DNA of 59,970 bases, the filler included, from Gonapodya sp. JEL0774 (lineage: Eukaryota): assembly GCA_027604505.1 (NCBI GenBank). It is 9 parts of 9 records of this genome, joined end to end, with 100 filler letters (N's around TTAATTAATTAA, not from the genome) between each part and the next. Parts side by side here need not be neighbours in the genome. Positions count along the whole stretch, not along the records: positions 1 to 6,607 come from JADIIX010000574.1; positions 6,708 to 13,300 come from JADIIX010000575.1; 7 more parts are not named here. One strand, written 5' to 3'. Made by a program: the position numbers and the translations under genes. Below the pieces are notes generated by a model. It made no database searches. It worked only from the letters and a program-made list of their open reading frames with translations, and was not told the DNA's origin. This document shows, one piece after another, positions 1 to 12,997 of this stretch (within the stretch, counting starts at the first letter, position 1; the number at the start of each line of letters is the position of its first letter).

Positions 1-490
1 AGCGCCACTGATTGCTGGATTGTACTCACCTTCTCCGCTGCTCCGCGGTTCCATCGAGCCCCAACCTTGCGCTGCAGTTTTGCGTGGACAGTGACTTGGT
101 TCCCCTTCGACATCTTGGACTGATCCATCAAACGGGTGGGCGTGATCCGCGTCGGCGAGGAGAAGGGGAGACGGGTACGTCAAGGCGGTGTTGAAGATAG
201 GCAAATGCAGAACATCATGACAGATTTAGAGCACGATACAGAGTTGATGTTCCACGACACACTTATGGGTTAGTTGATCGTGTCCATGAAATCATGTCGC
301 GCGGATGGGTCATTCCATTTATGCTCAGAACGTGGGGGGTGAGGAACGGTCGTATTTGACGAAACCGGGAAGGCATTCAGGATGCGGCTCGTGAAAACCG
401 GGAGGGGTAGAATGGGAAGGATGTGGAGTGTCGCGGTTGTAGTGTTTGGCGGGGACGATGGGCAGGGGAGAGTCGGAGTGGGAGGGGTTG
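1..490. repeat. Diverged direct repeat, copy 1 (copy 2 at 6096-6607)
   Basis: Long near-identical stretches such as gctggattgtactcaccttctc and ggtcattccatttatgctcagaacgtggggggtgagg occur at both ends of contig 1. Copy 1 lacks ~20 nt found in copy 2. Confidence 0.9.
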
Positions 491-2913
491 GTGGAGCGTG
501 GTGGTCGGAGCGGTGTGAGGCGAACACCAGTGCAGTGCAAGGAGGAGCCGCACGCCCAAACAGAGAGTGCACACACGTTTACTGGCGTAGCTTTTAGAGT
601 AGGCATGTAGTTTTTATGGCCACTTTCAATACATGAGGCAGTTCCGCACGTTGCAGTCTGACTTGGTTCCCCTGCAAGCCCCAGGCCTACGGGACTTTGG
701 ATCCGTACACCATTAGCAAGGAATCATGATCGCACAATGGCAGCATAAAGCATTTAAGTATCCCCTTTATCATGCAAGCCCGTGGCGTGCCGCAACGTTC
801 GATCAACCAACCACCAGCGCTCACCGTTGAGCGCACAAAGCGCGTACTTTTAGCTCAGAGATATATTAGTATTGCATTTGGTTTGCATTGCAGTGTAGCA
901 CGGTTATTCTATGCTTATCTACGGCTCGGGGGTGTTGACACCACATCCTTCACGCTTCGCTAATAAGAAAATCCCACCCCCGAGGTCTGACAGCTCACAC
1001 CGCACCTCTCATAGTGCGCGGTCCTCGTGAGGCGAAACCCGAACGCAGGCGGGAATCCCCCGCCAAGAAAGCACCCCCAATGGATTCCAGCACCGTATTC
1101 ACTCACCTGCACCAAGACCCGTTCAGGCCACAGTATCTACCGGCTACACAGAGCAGCTTTCAATTGTATTTGACGTTTTCGATTCGAGTCGGAGGTCGGA
1201 GATGCTCGCCGTGGGTGGGAAAGTTGGTTCGAGAATAGAGCAGATCGGCAACCGCGAGACCAAGAGCGAAGGTCGATTCTCACGTGAAGGCACTCTCAGC
1301 CAATTCATATACACCGGACAGAGTTACAATCGCAGTTTCTAATGGGATGAAGACGAATTGCGTCCAGTATAAGTGATTCAGCAACAGAGCAGCCGACCAC
1401 ACTCACCTTCACCCAGAGCTGACTGGTCCGATTTCCCATCGTTTTCCCACCGTTCACGTTTCATAATGAAGATGGAAGCCCGTGATAGTGGTGGAAGCCC
1501 GTGATAGGTGCCCGTTCGCTCAATTGATTGACGGAGTGGGTTCTGACATCCGACCACGCCAATCGATCCCCTCCCGTCCATCACGCATCCAGTCCATCAT
1601 TTTCATTGATTTCGCCGTGTTTGGTTGGTGAGAAGAGGGATGGGGGGAGGGAGAATGGGGATCTTCGCCTTCTCCACAGGTGCTGGACCTTGCAACAACC
1701 GGCCGACAGACACACACAGTAAAATCGAATGCTCATCATCGGGACTTAATTCTCCATAAATAGACTACGATTTGTGCTTTCTAATACATGTACTTTTGAT
1801 TTCCGCCCAGCTCTCATTCGCGATGTGGACACCCACAACTCGAAGAGGGCGAGGGAAGGAGGGACAAATCTCAAAATAGAGCATTGTCACTTTGTGGAGA
1901 ATCGACTCGCATTTGCGAATTTGTGCAGCGTGGGCCTCCCCCACGTTCCGTTCCCTACTTCTATTCTTTGGCAGTTTGACGTCGACGTCCAAATCACCTT
2001 GTGAGCTGATTCTCACAAACCGCGGCCGATTTTCTTCGCTCCTTTTCCGAGTAGACCATCTACAAAATGATATTTTCGAATCAAAATTTTCAGCCCCCAC
2101 GCGCGTCGAATCAGAGTACGACGGAGCGACGGCAGCCGAGAAAGCACGACAGGAGGGCAGATCACCCAGTTTCCATTGGCACAAGATCGTCCACGTTCGC
2201 GGGCACAACTTTTACCAGTACATCGAGCATGTTCACGATCTCTTTAGTCTTCATCAGGTGACGGCGGCCCTGTGGCACGAAGGCCATTATCACTACTCAT
2301 ACAGTTTTCATGGGGGCACCTTCATTTTCACAGGTAGCCCCGTCATACCAGCAGCTACAATGTATTCAATTTACAATACTCAATGCGCCCGTAGAAAGCT
2401 TTAGCGAGAGTATTCCAGGCGGAAATGCCACGCTGTTTCTATAGGATCAGAACACGACAACCGGCGCAGACGATGCCCACTGAAAAGTTCAGGAACGCGA
2501 GTTCGCGCGTTCTCTTCCCAGGGAAAGCGCGGTCGGAATGCCCACTCAGCGCTCATTGTGCTCAGAAGCGCTGGCACGCTAGAGAGAGCGGCCTGAGTTA
2601 CGGCATAAAGGGGAGGGTAGGGGAGGGGGGGTACGCGTGAATCGACACAACACGATTGCACTCGACTTTTCCTCCGTTCCCTCAAAACAAGAGAAAAATT
2701 AGAGCGAGGGTACGAGCTTTTGAACATTTCACTAAAACACTTTACTTTTACCGTACTGTACCGTGTACTACAATGAAAGTCTCTTCCTAAACTCTACAGA
2801 TCAAAGGCACTTCACACCAAACTGAAGGTAAAGCAAAGAATAGATTGAAAAGGAAAAAACTCGACAAACCACCCTGCCAGATCCCAACTCCACCTCTCCA
2901 ACTGCTGGACTGT

Positions 2914-4717
2914 TCACCTCCCTTGCCCCGATCCTGCTCCAGCCCCTCCTGCTCCAAGCACCTCAGTCTGCACACCTATCCTCCCACTCCCACTGTGGTT
3001 CCCAGTTCCTGCCCCACCACCAGCTCCACCAAACCTCCCAATTGCCTCACCCGCTCCTACACCATACCCACCCCGCACGGGCCACGTTCCTGATGCTAGT
3101 GGTGTTGGCCCCGTCGGGTATGCTGACTGTTGCGGTGGGCCAGCCACGTCGCCGTCGTACTGGGAGGAGAGAGGTGGGGCGTTGGGGACTGGACGGAAGG
3201 GGTTAGAGGGGGGAGGTTGAGGGCCAATGTTGAGGCGGGAGTCGTAACGGAGGGTGAAGGAGAGTGGGTTGAGGGGGAGTTGGGAGGGGGCAGGCGCATC
3301 ACCATTGTCACTGACACAGACCATAGGGAAGGCACCCAAGGAGCTTGTTCTGGTGTTGAGGCCCTAAGTGAAGAGGTAGAAATGCACGGGATTAATGATC
3401 CATGCAGTAGAGATCATAAGACACTAATGACAAATTGTGTGCAGGTTGCAAACAACTTGCACTCACTGATCCCCACCCGTCTGCATACTCTAGGTTCACA
3501 AATATTGCATCACCTACTGTGATATGCAGCTCATCTGTGTCTTGTCCCTCAAAGTCAGAAACGGCATACATGAGGCGATGGACGGTGCGGGCCGGCTGGG
3601 GTTCACGAGGTGAGGAAGCAGGTGGTAGGGATGCGAGTTGGGTGCGAAGGGTCACCACCTCCTGTTCCAATCCTGAGTTTTTTGTGGCGAGGGTGAGAAT
3701 CACTATGGATTGGGTGTGGTTTTCAGTCTGGAGGTCCTCGTTTGCAGCTTCCAAGATTGCGATCCGTGACTGATTGTCCGCATTCTGCCGCTCCACCACC
3801 TCCACCTTACTTTCTGCAGTTGCTGTCCTTACTGATAGCTCCTGAACTTGAGCCATAAGACGATCTACTTCAGCTTGCAGCTCCCTATTTGCCCTGTCCT
3901 TGTCAGCGAGGAGTGAGACGAGGGCTTCAGTGGGTTGAGGAGATGATGAGGGTGCAGGGATAGGGGGAGAAGAAGGTCGAGTGCGGGCAGGGACTGGAGC
4001 GGGAGGGTGGGATTGATGGCCTTGGAGTGTTTCAAAGAAATGTCCATCTGGCCAATTGCGAGCAGCGTCAAGCTCCCTCTGAGTGACCACAGCCCCATGG
4101 GAGAGGAGGAGTTTGACGATGGGGAGGGACGGACGCAGAGTGAAGGGATAGATGAAGGTGTCCTTCCACTCCTTTGGATCTCTGATCTGCACGTCGCCGC
4201 CCTTGAGACTGATCGGGAGTTTGTTGTAAGAGTCGGGTGAATCGAATGTGTCACCGTTCCACCACGTATCCTTCCCGCCCCTCGCCACCGCCAGTGTCAA
4301 TGCAGACGGGAACAAAATCGTCCAACGCCAACGCATCCTGTTCCAATTGTCCGCAGTCCACGATGAAAACGAGTTCGCACGTTTCCACTCACACACCCCG
4401 TTGACATCGGCACCTCCTTCGAGCAACGCCTCGACAACCTCCTCATTCGCATGAAGAATCCCCAAGGCCAATGCAGACTCGCATTCTGCAGAATCCGTTT
4501 TCGTCTCATTCCCGATCCTGCAGGTCAACGTGACCCGCTTCCGCGCGTTGGGGTTCGCCCCATCTGCTAGAAGCTGTCGGACCCGCTGCGCCTGCCCGTT
4601 CTCCACCGCTCCGATCAGTTGGATGTCTCGTGTGTACAACATGGCGTTTTGGCTCGAATTTTCTTGATGTTGACCTGTGTTAGCGTGTTGGTTGTTGCTG
4701 TCACCGGGCGGTGCCAT
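2914..4717 (-). CDS. Ankyrin-repeat / coiled-coil / SH3 protein, 2 exons (4717-3467, 3363-2914)
   Basis: Ankyrin motifs (GAVENGQAQRVRQLLADGANPN; SALALGILHANEEVVEALLEGGADVN) and a heptad-rich segment. The SH3 (MYAVSDFEGQDTDELHITVGDAIFV...DGWGS/GLNTRTSSLGAFPMVCV) is joined in phase 0 across a GTGAGT...TAG intron at 3466-3364. Start codon uncertain. Confidence 0.85.
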
Positions 4718-6095
4718 TCGTTTCTGCACTTTCAAAATACCGCCGCGAGCGACAACGTGGACTTGTAACTTCATTGTTAAATACCTTTTGTACTACGTGC
4801 ATAATACATACATGTCAACTGTCCCCGCTTCCGGGGTCGGTGCTGTTCCACATGCATTACGCGCCACATTCCCAACTCCTCTTCGCCCGCTCACCACATG
4901 CTCTCTCCCCCGACGGGTGCCCATAGCAGAACACTCCAGAATTGGTCATCCCTGGGGATTCCAGCCGCCCTACTGTGCCACTGTCTCCCGCTACCCGCCT
5001 CGACCGTCTGCCTGCCCCCTCCCCCGCTTGTGTCTCCTCCTCCTGACCCTAGTTGCCCCCCCGTTGGCTCCCCAACATCGCCCTTCCCCCGCGCTCTGCC
5101 CCTAACACCCGCCCTGGCCCCCCATCTCGCCCTCCCCCCCCCCCGTTTTCCCCGACCGACCGTTTTCACGCCATCTCATCGCACTCACTCCCCCACCGTA
5201 CAACTCACCTATTTCCCTGTCCGCTGTTCCATATTCCAAGCTTCCATGCTTGTCTCAAGCCCGCCCCGTTCCAGTTGACACGCATCCGTCCGGGTAGAAC
5301 ACGGGTGCCGAAGTCGGGGCTTGTTGACTGTTTCGGCGTAAAAGCCAGCACATTCACCTCCCATAATGGGGGCCTGCCGTTTTGCCTACCACGCTTCCCA
5401 CTGGGTCTTCCCCTCATTGAACCATGAGGATTCGCCATAACACTCGTCATGCACCCTCTCTCAAGTTCTTAGCCGGGGAGTGGTCAGTGGAAGTTGGAGC
5501 AAGTGAAACCGAAAGAATGAAAGCATATTGAAACGTATCACCTAGGGTGGAAATACACCACGCTCGCCGTCGTACTCTCTGTTGGCATATTGTCCGCCGG
5601 TCCTTCCCTCTGGCGACCATCTTCGTCTTTAGCCAGTCGCGGTGCCTGTAAAGTTCATTCTCCCTTCTGGATTCCGTTGTCTTTCTGCGCCTCGCCTCCG
5701 CGTCCCGTTTCCAGGTCTCCTCCATTCGCGGTGCAAACGGGTGGAGTTGATTGAGTGGTACCGGAGGCGACAAAGTTGAGTGGGCTGGAGGAATTCCATT
5801 GCGAATCTCGTGGCGGAACGAGGGGAAGACCCGAGGTGAGGGGGTGGGTGTCTGCCTTTCGTGGCGACGTTTCATGTGAGTGCGAAAGCTGGGGATCAGA
5901 GGACGGAGGTTGGAGTAAGTGAAACCGAGAAAAGGAAAAAAACGTAAACGGAACACCTTGAACGTACACCATGCTTGCCATCCGTTGCTCGCAAGACATC
6001 CCGTCCGCCCCATCGCGCACCGGCATTCTCCCCGCGACCCCGCTCCCCCTTGGCGCTCTCTTCGGGTTCCCACTCCCACATGTCCTCGCACTCGC

Positions 6096-6607
6096 AGCGC
6101 CACCGAATGCTGGATTGTACTCACCTTCTCCCCTGCTCCACGGTTTCAACAAGCGACGACCCTGCGATGCAGCTCTGTGTGGACAGTGACTGGTTCTCCC
6201 TCGACATCTTGGACTGATCCATCAAACGGATGGGCGTGATCAGTGTCGGCGAGGAGAAGGGGAGACAGGTACGTCTTGACTAGGAAAGGAGCGTCAAGGC
6301 GGTGTTGAAGATATGAGCAAATGCAGAACATCATGACAGATTTAGAGCACGATACAGAGTTGACGTTCCACGACACACTTATGGGTTAGTCGATCGTGTC
6401 CATGAAATCATGTCGCGTGGATGGGTCATTCCATTTATGCTCAGAACGTGGGGGGTGAGGAATGGTCGTATTTGACGAAACCGGGAAGGCATTCAGGATG
6501 CGGCTCGTGAAAACCGGGAGGGGTAGAATAGGAAGGATGTGGAGTGTCGCGGTTGTGGTGTTTGGCGGGAACGATGGGCAGCGGAGAGTCGGAGTGGGAG
6601 CGGTGTG
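6096..6607. repeat. Diverged direct repeat, copy 2, ending at the contig end; minus strand looks like a decayed exon (LHILPILPLPVFTSRILNAF, possibly F-box-like)
   Basis: Aligns by eye to 1-490. Both copies have an in-frame stop at the same position and a minus-strand GTGAGT donor near their left end. Confidence 0.85.
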
Positions 6608-9039
6608 NNNNNNNNNNNNNNNNNNNNNNNNNNNNNNNNNNNNNNNNNNNNTTAATTAATTAANNNNNNNNNNNNNNNNNNNNNNNNNNNNNNNNNNNNN
6701 NNNNNNNCTAGCCCACTGAACCATCGTAGTAGACTTGAACTTCTACCGCCAACGAAGTTCCATGACAGACCAGCACGGACGGGAGAGTTCGGCGCAAACA
6801 ATAGTCCGTGACAGCCAAACATTGAGGGCGAGTTGCTCGGCCTCACAGTTGCCAAAAGAACCCCCCCAGACACGACACTCATCTTTTTGGGAGATCCCAG
6901 GAATTTCGAGGTTGGTGCACACCGTCTCGGGTACCTGATAAAACAAAACGAAATGTCACTGACAGCGAAACCCGATATCCCAGAGAGTTGCTTACAAGCG
7001 CAACACGTTCCTGCCTCCCATGCATCCACCCAATTGCCTCGACTCGCACACTACGCTTGATCAACGCGCTGCTGGTGGTTAACAGCAAAAGCTTTCGCTC
7101 ACTTGACCATCGAGATGATTCGCCTTGCAAAGGGCAGGGGAAGTCACTTAAATTTGGCCAGTTGAGCTGGTCGCAGCAAGTTCAAGTCGAAGGCCACGTT
7201 GGAAGTTTTTTCCACGTGCACAGTCAATACATATGTGGCATGAAAGGGAGTCCAATGTTGACAGAGCAAATCGGCGTTGTCAGTACTCATCTCAGCCGAA
7301 GCAAGAAGTGCATACTACTGACACGCTCACAACCCACCAGCCTTTTGTCTTCCGAAGAGCCTTGGGCGTTGGCATAGACTCACCTTAGTCATCCCATCCG
7401 TTTGAGGGAGTCTCGACGACGGAAGCGGGACCGTGGCTCGGCGGAGAAGGCGGCTCAACTTGATGAACGGCAGCGAAGAAATACGGGAATTCAGAGAGAA
7501 GGACCGAGCGAAAAGAGTCAAAGTGTGCGTATCTTTCAGATAAATGAAGTTTCCGCCGACCTTTGCAGGTTTGCGGTCGTTGGTTGTGAATTTGAACTCG
7601 AGTTGCATCAAGCTGGGGAATTTCTGACTGGTCACATTCGGCGCTTTGTTGGAGTGGCCACAGGTGCCAGGTTTAATTGTCCAATCGCACAATACAAACT
7701 TGATTTCACGACCGAGCAGAGCAATGAAAAATATTCCAAGACTCGGACAGCAACGGCAATAAAAGGCAGACCTTTCATCGCCAATATTGTGCTCCAGGCG
7801 TCCTCGGTTGGGCTGGACTGGCTCTGAAACTGGTCTTGGGTGGGAGCTCCAGAACAGGATAAATTTCATTCCCAGCGAAACAAGCTTTTTTTCGACACGT
7901 CGTCCTTGCAATAGCCCCGCCATGATCTCCCACTGATGCCTGGAAACAGATTCCATCGACGTGCCGTCCTCGTCCGAATCCGATGACGATCTTGTGTATC
8001 ACTAATCCACCTCACCGATCTCGCATCATAGCCCCAGAACTCATATTCTGGAACAAGATACTACAAAAGTATCCTCATGCCTTACCAATGTAATGTCGGA
8101 GGTCTGGCGATGCTGAGTGGGTGACGTTGCGTTTAAGGAATGTACTTCGTGAGGAAGAGGCAGTCCAGGGATTCCGATGCGGAACGCAGGAATTGTTGAC
8201 CGACAAGTATTTAATGCTGTAATTTTGCTTTTGCTGCTCTGCTTCTCTGACCTTCTTACCCGTTGGAGTCGTTTCGAATAACCCGCTCAGTAGACCTGCA
8301 CCACCTCGTGCAAGAGAGGGATTCGCGCTTAGCAACTCATTCACCATTGTTGCCGGGGCTATGATTGGATTAGAAACCGTGCACGCAAAGATGGGGTGCA
8401 ACGAGCTCTTCGGTTTGTATTGGTCAGTGGAGCCCGTGAAATCTCTTCGTCGTGTCGTCCTCCACGTCATATTCTAATGGTACGAATCCGGATGGGCCTG
8501 GTTCCGCTCTCTTATTACGCGACTCTTCGCCTTGTCCTTCCAGTACCACCAGTCCTCTTACTTGCGGCGTTGTAACACCAACATGTCCTTGAATGCTTTC
8601 AATCGAGCCAAACGCTCTCACAAACAAGGGCGTTTTTCGGTGCTCTGCCCCGCCAAATTCCCGTAGTCTTGTTTCCCGACATGGAAACTTTCCTCTTGTC
8701 TCCCCGTCTTACCTTCCATCCTCCCCGTATCACAGACCCACTCCGTCCTACCCACCTCTTGTCCGAACATCGTCACATAACCCGTCCTCACCTTCGAACA
8801 TCAGGGACATGTGCTGTCTCCTCTAATTGATTGTGGGCGCAATCTTGGTGACAATGGTTTGAATGTGCTCGCTGCAATCATGATGTGTATCTTCATAGCG
8901 GTACGCACGCTGAACACTCCCCTCCTCCGCCCTTGTCGTCATCCCACATACTAAATGACATCTTCTCCCCGCCCGACATTCCGTACACGTGACCAACCAC
9001 TCTGCGGAAGTTCTACTACTTGATCCCACAAGCATGGAC

Positions 9040-10160
9040 CATAGATCGTGGAGGATATTGAATCGGGAGCGACTCTTCAGGCAGACATGGATCCGGCGTT
9101 GGAGATTGATTCGCATTGCCGTCAATTACCAAGCAACACTGAAGTTGTCGACGATCCTGTTTCTCATGTGGGATCAGAATCGGAACGCGCCGGTGATCGA
9201 GAGGACTGAGCGGTCACCGCCGGGTCAACTGACGAGGCGGAGGTCAATGCGACTTCGAAGGTCCTGGAGTTTTAAGTACAAGAGCTGGTCAAGGGAGAGC
9301 TGGCAGATGAAAATACTGTCCAAGCACATTCTGGAACCGAAAAAGAGGAACTCGAGGGTGACACAAGAAAATGCTCCCGCAAGACTTGAGAAACGATGTT
9401 GATTCGACCATCAAGTCGTCGGGTGCGAAAGACGTTGCATCCGAGAATGGAACGGAAGATGTAGACTCGAGGATGGACCTTGAAAGCCCGATCATTGGAG
9501 GTTATTCGTCAGCATTCGATGAGATTTCTATACCGAGTGCTTCGAAACCGGTGGTGCAACTATCCCGTTTATTCGACGGAGTTCGGTAGCGATGTCCGTT
9601 GATGCCGATCTGCTATCTGCGCTACCGCCCTCACCGGGCTTTGGTGTTCCACTAGCGTCACCTCCGCATACTCCCCCACCCGGATTTGTGGTCGGTCCCG
9701 CTCCCCCGCCGCCGCCTCCCCCACTTGGTTTCGGTGTTCCTCCTGCTCCTCCCCGTCCTGCTGTCCGGCCCGGCTTTGGAGTTCCCAGTCCACCGCCCCC
9801 TCACCCAAACCCCCAGGGTTTAGCATTCTGCCTCTGCCTCCATCACCCCCAGGGTTTGGTGTCCCACCCCCGCTGTCACCGCCAACCGGATTTGGTGTTC
9901 CTTCGCCGCATCCACACCCCCACCTTTGGTGTTTCACCTCCATCGCCACCGCCCCCGGCCCGGGTGTGCCACCTCCACAATCAAAGGGTGAATGAACCAG
10001 AGGCAAAAACATCGATATCTTCCTGGGTCCAGATACTGACAGATGTGAATGAAGGGTGAATGACCGGGAGGCAAAAATAGAGATATCTTCCTGGATCAAG
10101 ATACGTTCGGATGTAAGTGAAGAAAGTGTCGGAGAGGGAGTTGTGACCGACATTCGCTCA
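9040..10160 (+). pseudogene. Decayed acidic then Pro-rich coding sequence with repeated PPPGFGVPP motifs (formin FH1-like composition)
   Basis: GFGVP-type units recur at ~9636-9980 in more than one frame. The upstream acidic segment is broken by stops. Confidence 0.4.
9984..10119 (+). repeat. 68-bp diverged tandem duplication
   Basis: aagggtgaatga...gaggcaaaaa...gatatcttcctgg...agatac...gatgt starts at 9984 and again at 10052. Confidence 0.85.
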
Positions 10161-10349
10161 CCAACTCTTGCACCATTAGTTTCAAACGTCCACTACTTGG
10201 GCACAGTGAGAAGCATCAGGTGGCTGTGATGAGAAATTAAAGACGAAGAAATGAGTTCATGCACGTTTAAGGGATCCGTGGGTGGGACGGGCACGGCGGC
10301 GAGACGAAGGGAAGTTCGTAGACCGGAACTCACCTATGCCAGACGAGCT

Positions 10350-11005
10350 CATCGTACCGAGCCATCCTTTGGGGGAGCGGGTGGGAAGGACGCGAGTTGG
10401 GGACGAAGGATTCCAATCTCCCGTTCAACATCTGGAATTGCCGTGGAAATTGTGCGGTTTGCCATAGAGAGGGTGGAGGGTGCAGTTTTCAAACTCGAGG
10501 TCATGGTTGACTGCATTCAGGGTAGTAATACTCGCCTGATTGTCTGCATTCTGTTGCTCCACCTCCTCCTCTGCCTTACTCTCGGATCAAGTCAAGGGTC
10601 GGAATGATTGCCGCCACGGTCCTTGCTGATAGCTCATCGTTCTGACCCTTGACTTGATTCAACACTGCACGTAGCTCCCGAATCTTGCGATCCTTGTCAG
10701 CGAGGGGGTGAGATGAAAGCTTCCATGGAATCCAAAAGCCGTGGAATGTGAGGTAGCAGCGGGTGAAGAAGGTCGGAGCCAGAAGGAACTGGAGTGAGAG
10801 GGTCGGATTGACGGTCGTGGAGTGTTTGCAAGAAACGGCCATCAGGCTGTTTGCCAACGGCATCAAGCTCTCTCTGCGTCACTGCAGCACCGTGAGAGAG
10901 TATGAGTCAGACGATAGGGCGGGAAGGACGAAGAGTGAATGAAGAGATGAGAAACTCCTTGGATTCCTTGAGATCACTCAACTGGACGTTGCCGCCCTTG
11001 TGATC
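10350..11005 (-). pseudogene. Frameshifted fragment paralogous to the ankyrin-coiled-coil-SH3 gene at 2914-4717
   Basis: VTQRELDAVGKQPDGRFLQTL vs VTQRELDAARNWPDGHFFETL; LADKDRKIRELRA vs LADKDRANRELQA; QNADNQASITTL vs QNADNQSRIAIL. The pieces lie in different frames. Confidence 0.8.
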
Positions 11006-11566
11006 AACGGCGGGAACAAAGTTGGGACGGCGAGAATGACGAGCGCCATGGTCAATACTCGTGGCTGAACGAGGGGAAGAACCCGGGGGCTTAGCCGTTC
11101 ATGCGCTCCGTGCTGTACATACGTGGTCACCATTGTCCGGTCCCACAAGTAATACTTCTTCGTGCAAGCTAATCTAAATCGTTTATCGCATGCGCATTGT
11201 ATCATTCACATACTTTTGTGCGTTATTAAGTGTACATGGCAGTGCGATAGCGGCAGTGGTGAGCGATATTGATCCACATTACGTACCGAGTATTAACAGT
11301 GTCAGTCGCTGATTCGGAGGCTCGGACGAGTATACGTGGACACGGCGTGCAGGGTTTCCCAAGCTGATGTCTTCTCTTGATTGTTTCTCTATCCCAAACA
11401 ATCTAGTTTATCTTACATAGTGTACACTTGCCCTTTTAGTAAAACCACGTAATCTAAACAAAAAGTTGCGCTAGTGAACCGTCCCGCTGCCATGCCGTAA
11501 CTATTGCCGCTGTCGGCAGCACAGCGGTGAACACCCGAGTTACTCATCCTTCTGTCTCCATTACTG

Positions 11567-12997
11567 ATGGATACCCTGCCAATCGAACTCCTCCACCGCA
11601 TTTTCCGCCTCCTCTCTCCCAAAGCTTTCTTCTCCGTCCTGCCACGTCTCTCGAAATACATCCGCGTCGCGTGGTCCGAATCGCCACTTCCTGGATGCCC
11701 AGACACATCTGTTGGCGTGACGTGCGAGCTCGTCGCATGGGATGCACCGGATCGGAGCGCGCTATCGTACATTATGAGCAAGGGGCCGATGGTTCGCATT
11801 TTGAAAGAGTTTGGGAGGGAAGAGAGCAGCGGCTCGGACATTTTGTCAAGGAACCAAACATGGACCGCCGTCTCGCTCGTGATGCCGCTTCGAGTGCGGG
11901 AGATCTCAGGATGTCTCGACTTCAATCGGCTCGTCATGGACAGCATCAGGTCCTCTCTGGAGAACTGGGCGCAATCCAGAATGACGACGAATACCAACGT
12001 GCGAGCCACATGTCCCGTATTCAACCCGGTCATTGCCCGGGTGAAGTTTTCGATAATTGGGGAAGAGGAAGAGTCACCCTTCAACCCACTCCGCTACACT
12101 ACTGCGCTGACCACGTTGCAACTGCTCATCGCCCTCGTAAACGCCTGCCACACCTGGCACTTCACCCTCGGCGAAAACGCCATCCACTTTTTTGACGCGC
12201 TTCCAGCTTCCGTCGTTATGGAGTCAGTCAAATCTGTCGCCGCCTATCTCTCAGCGGTTGGGTCTAATTTCGACTTTCAAAAGGAGTCTGCAAAGTACGA
12301 ACACGTGACAGGGAAACTTCTCAATCGATTTCCGAATGTCTCGAGATTGGAAGGAGACATGTTTTGTCCCTATAAGCACGGCAACGGTCCGACCTCTGTC
12401 TCCGGGTGGATTCCAGAAGAGCGCCGTGTTGCAATCCGCTCCCTGTTTGACGCGGTATCGCCACCGAATACACCCATTTATCCCGTGAGGATTTTCAGGG
12501 CACCGGACGTCTTCCCAAACCTCTTTGAGCTCGGTACACTTGTTCTTGAAAATCCCTGTGAGGATGGATATCCAAAAGTTCCCAGCCTACCCTACGTACT
12601 ACCTAACATTTCTGTTCTCCACGTACAATATTATACTCGCGAAGTGTTCCAACCGAGCCGACAATCGAAAGTGGTGGAGGATACACAGCAACTGTTGCAG
12701 CACCTTCCCGCACTGGTACGCGTGGTGGTCAAGGTAGCCCTCTTTTTGAACGGGTGGGACGCATCACTGGGCGTTGGTACATTTCTCAGTAGCCTCATTA
12801 CTGTCGCCGCTGTCAGAGTCGAGATTCAAGTAGTGGATGCTCAATGTCGACCATTCGATGACCCTCTCGCTGACAAACAGTGGAAGTTCAAAGTCACAGT
12901 CCTGCAAAGGTTGAACTCGTGGCCAAAGGTGCTGAAGGCGTGGGATGGGACAGGAATTGCTGTTGTGGTTGGAGGAAAGGCCCGATTTTTGAGGTAA
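11567..12997 (+). CDS. F-box protein, intronless, 476 aa
   Basis: N-terminal MDTLPIELLHRIFRLLSPKAFFSVLPRLSKYIR matches the F-box pattern. Long uninterrupted ORF with LRR-like FPNV/FPNL/LPNI/LPAL elements. Confidence 0.8.
   Translation: MDTLPIELLHRIFRLLSPKAFFSVLPRLSKYIRVAWSESPLPGCPDTSVGVTCELVAWDAPDRSALSYIMSKGPMVRILKEFGREESSGSDILSRNQTWTAVSLVMPLRVREISGCLDFNRLVMDSIRSSLENWAQSRMTTNTNVRATCPVFNPVIARVKFSIIGEEEESPFNPLRYTTALTTLQLLIALVNACHTWHFTLGENAIHFFDALPASVVMESVKSVAAYLSAVGSNFDFQKESAKYEHVTGKLLNRFPNVSRLEGDMFCPYKHGNGPTSVSGWIPEERRVAIRSLFDAVSPPNTPIYPVRIFRAPDVFPNLFELGTLVLENPCEDGYPKVPSLPYVLPNISVLHVQYYTREVFQPSRQSKVVEDTQQLLQHLPALVRVVVKVALFLNGWDASLGVGTFLSSLITVAAVRVEIQVVDAQCRPFDDPLADKQWKFKVTVLQRLNSWPKVLKAWDGTGIAVVVGGKARFLR

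Noticed and set aside
1892..2404. His-rich 170-aa ORF
   Set aside because: No ATG start, no recognisable domain, and overlapping ORFs of similar length; cannot be supported as coding.
6708..8640. Several 100-200-aa ORFs with splice-like signals
   Set aside because: Could not assemble a stop-free model or recognise a family; possibly decayed sequence.
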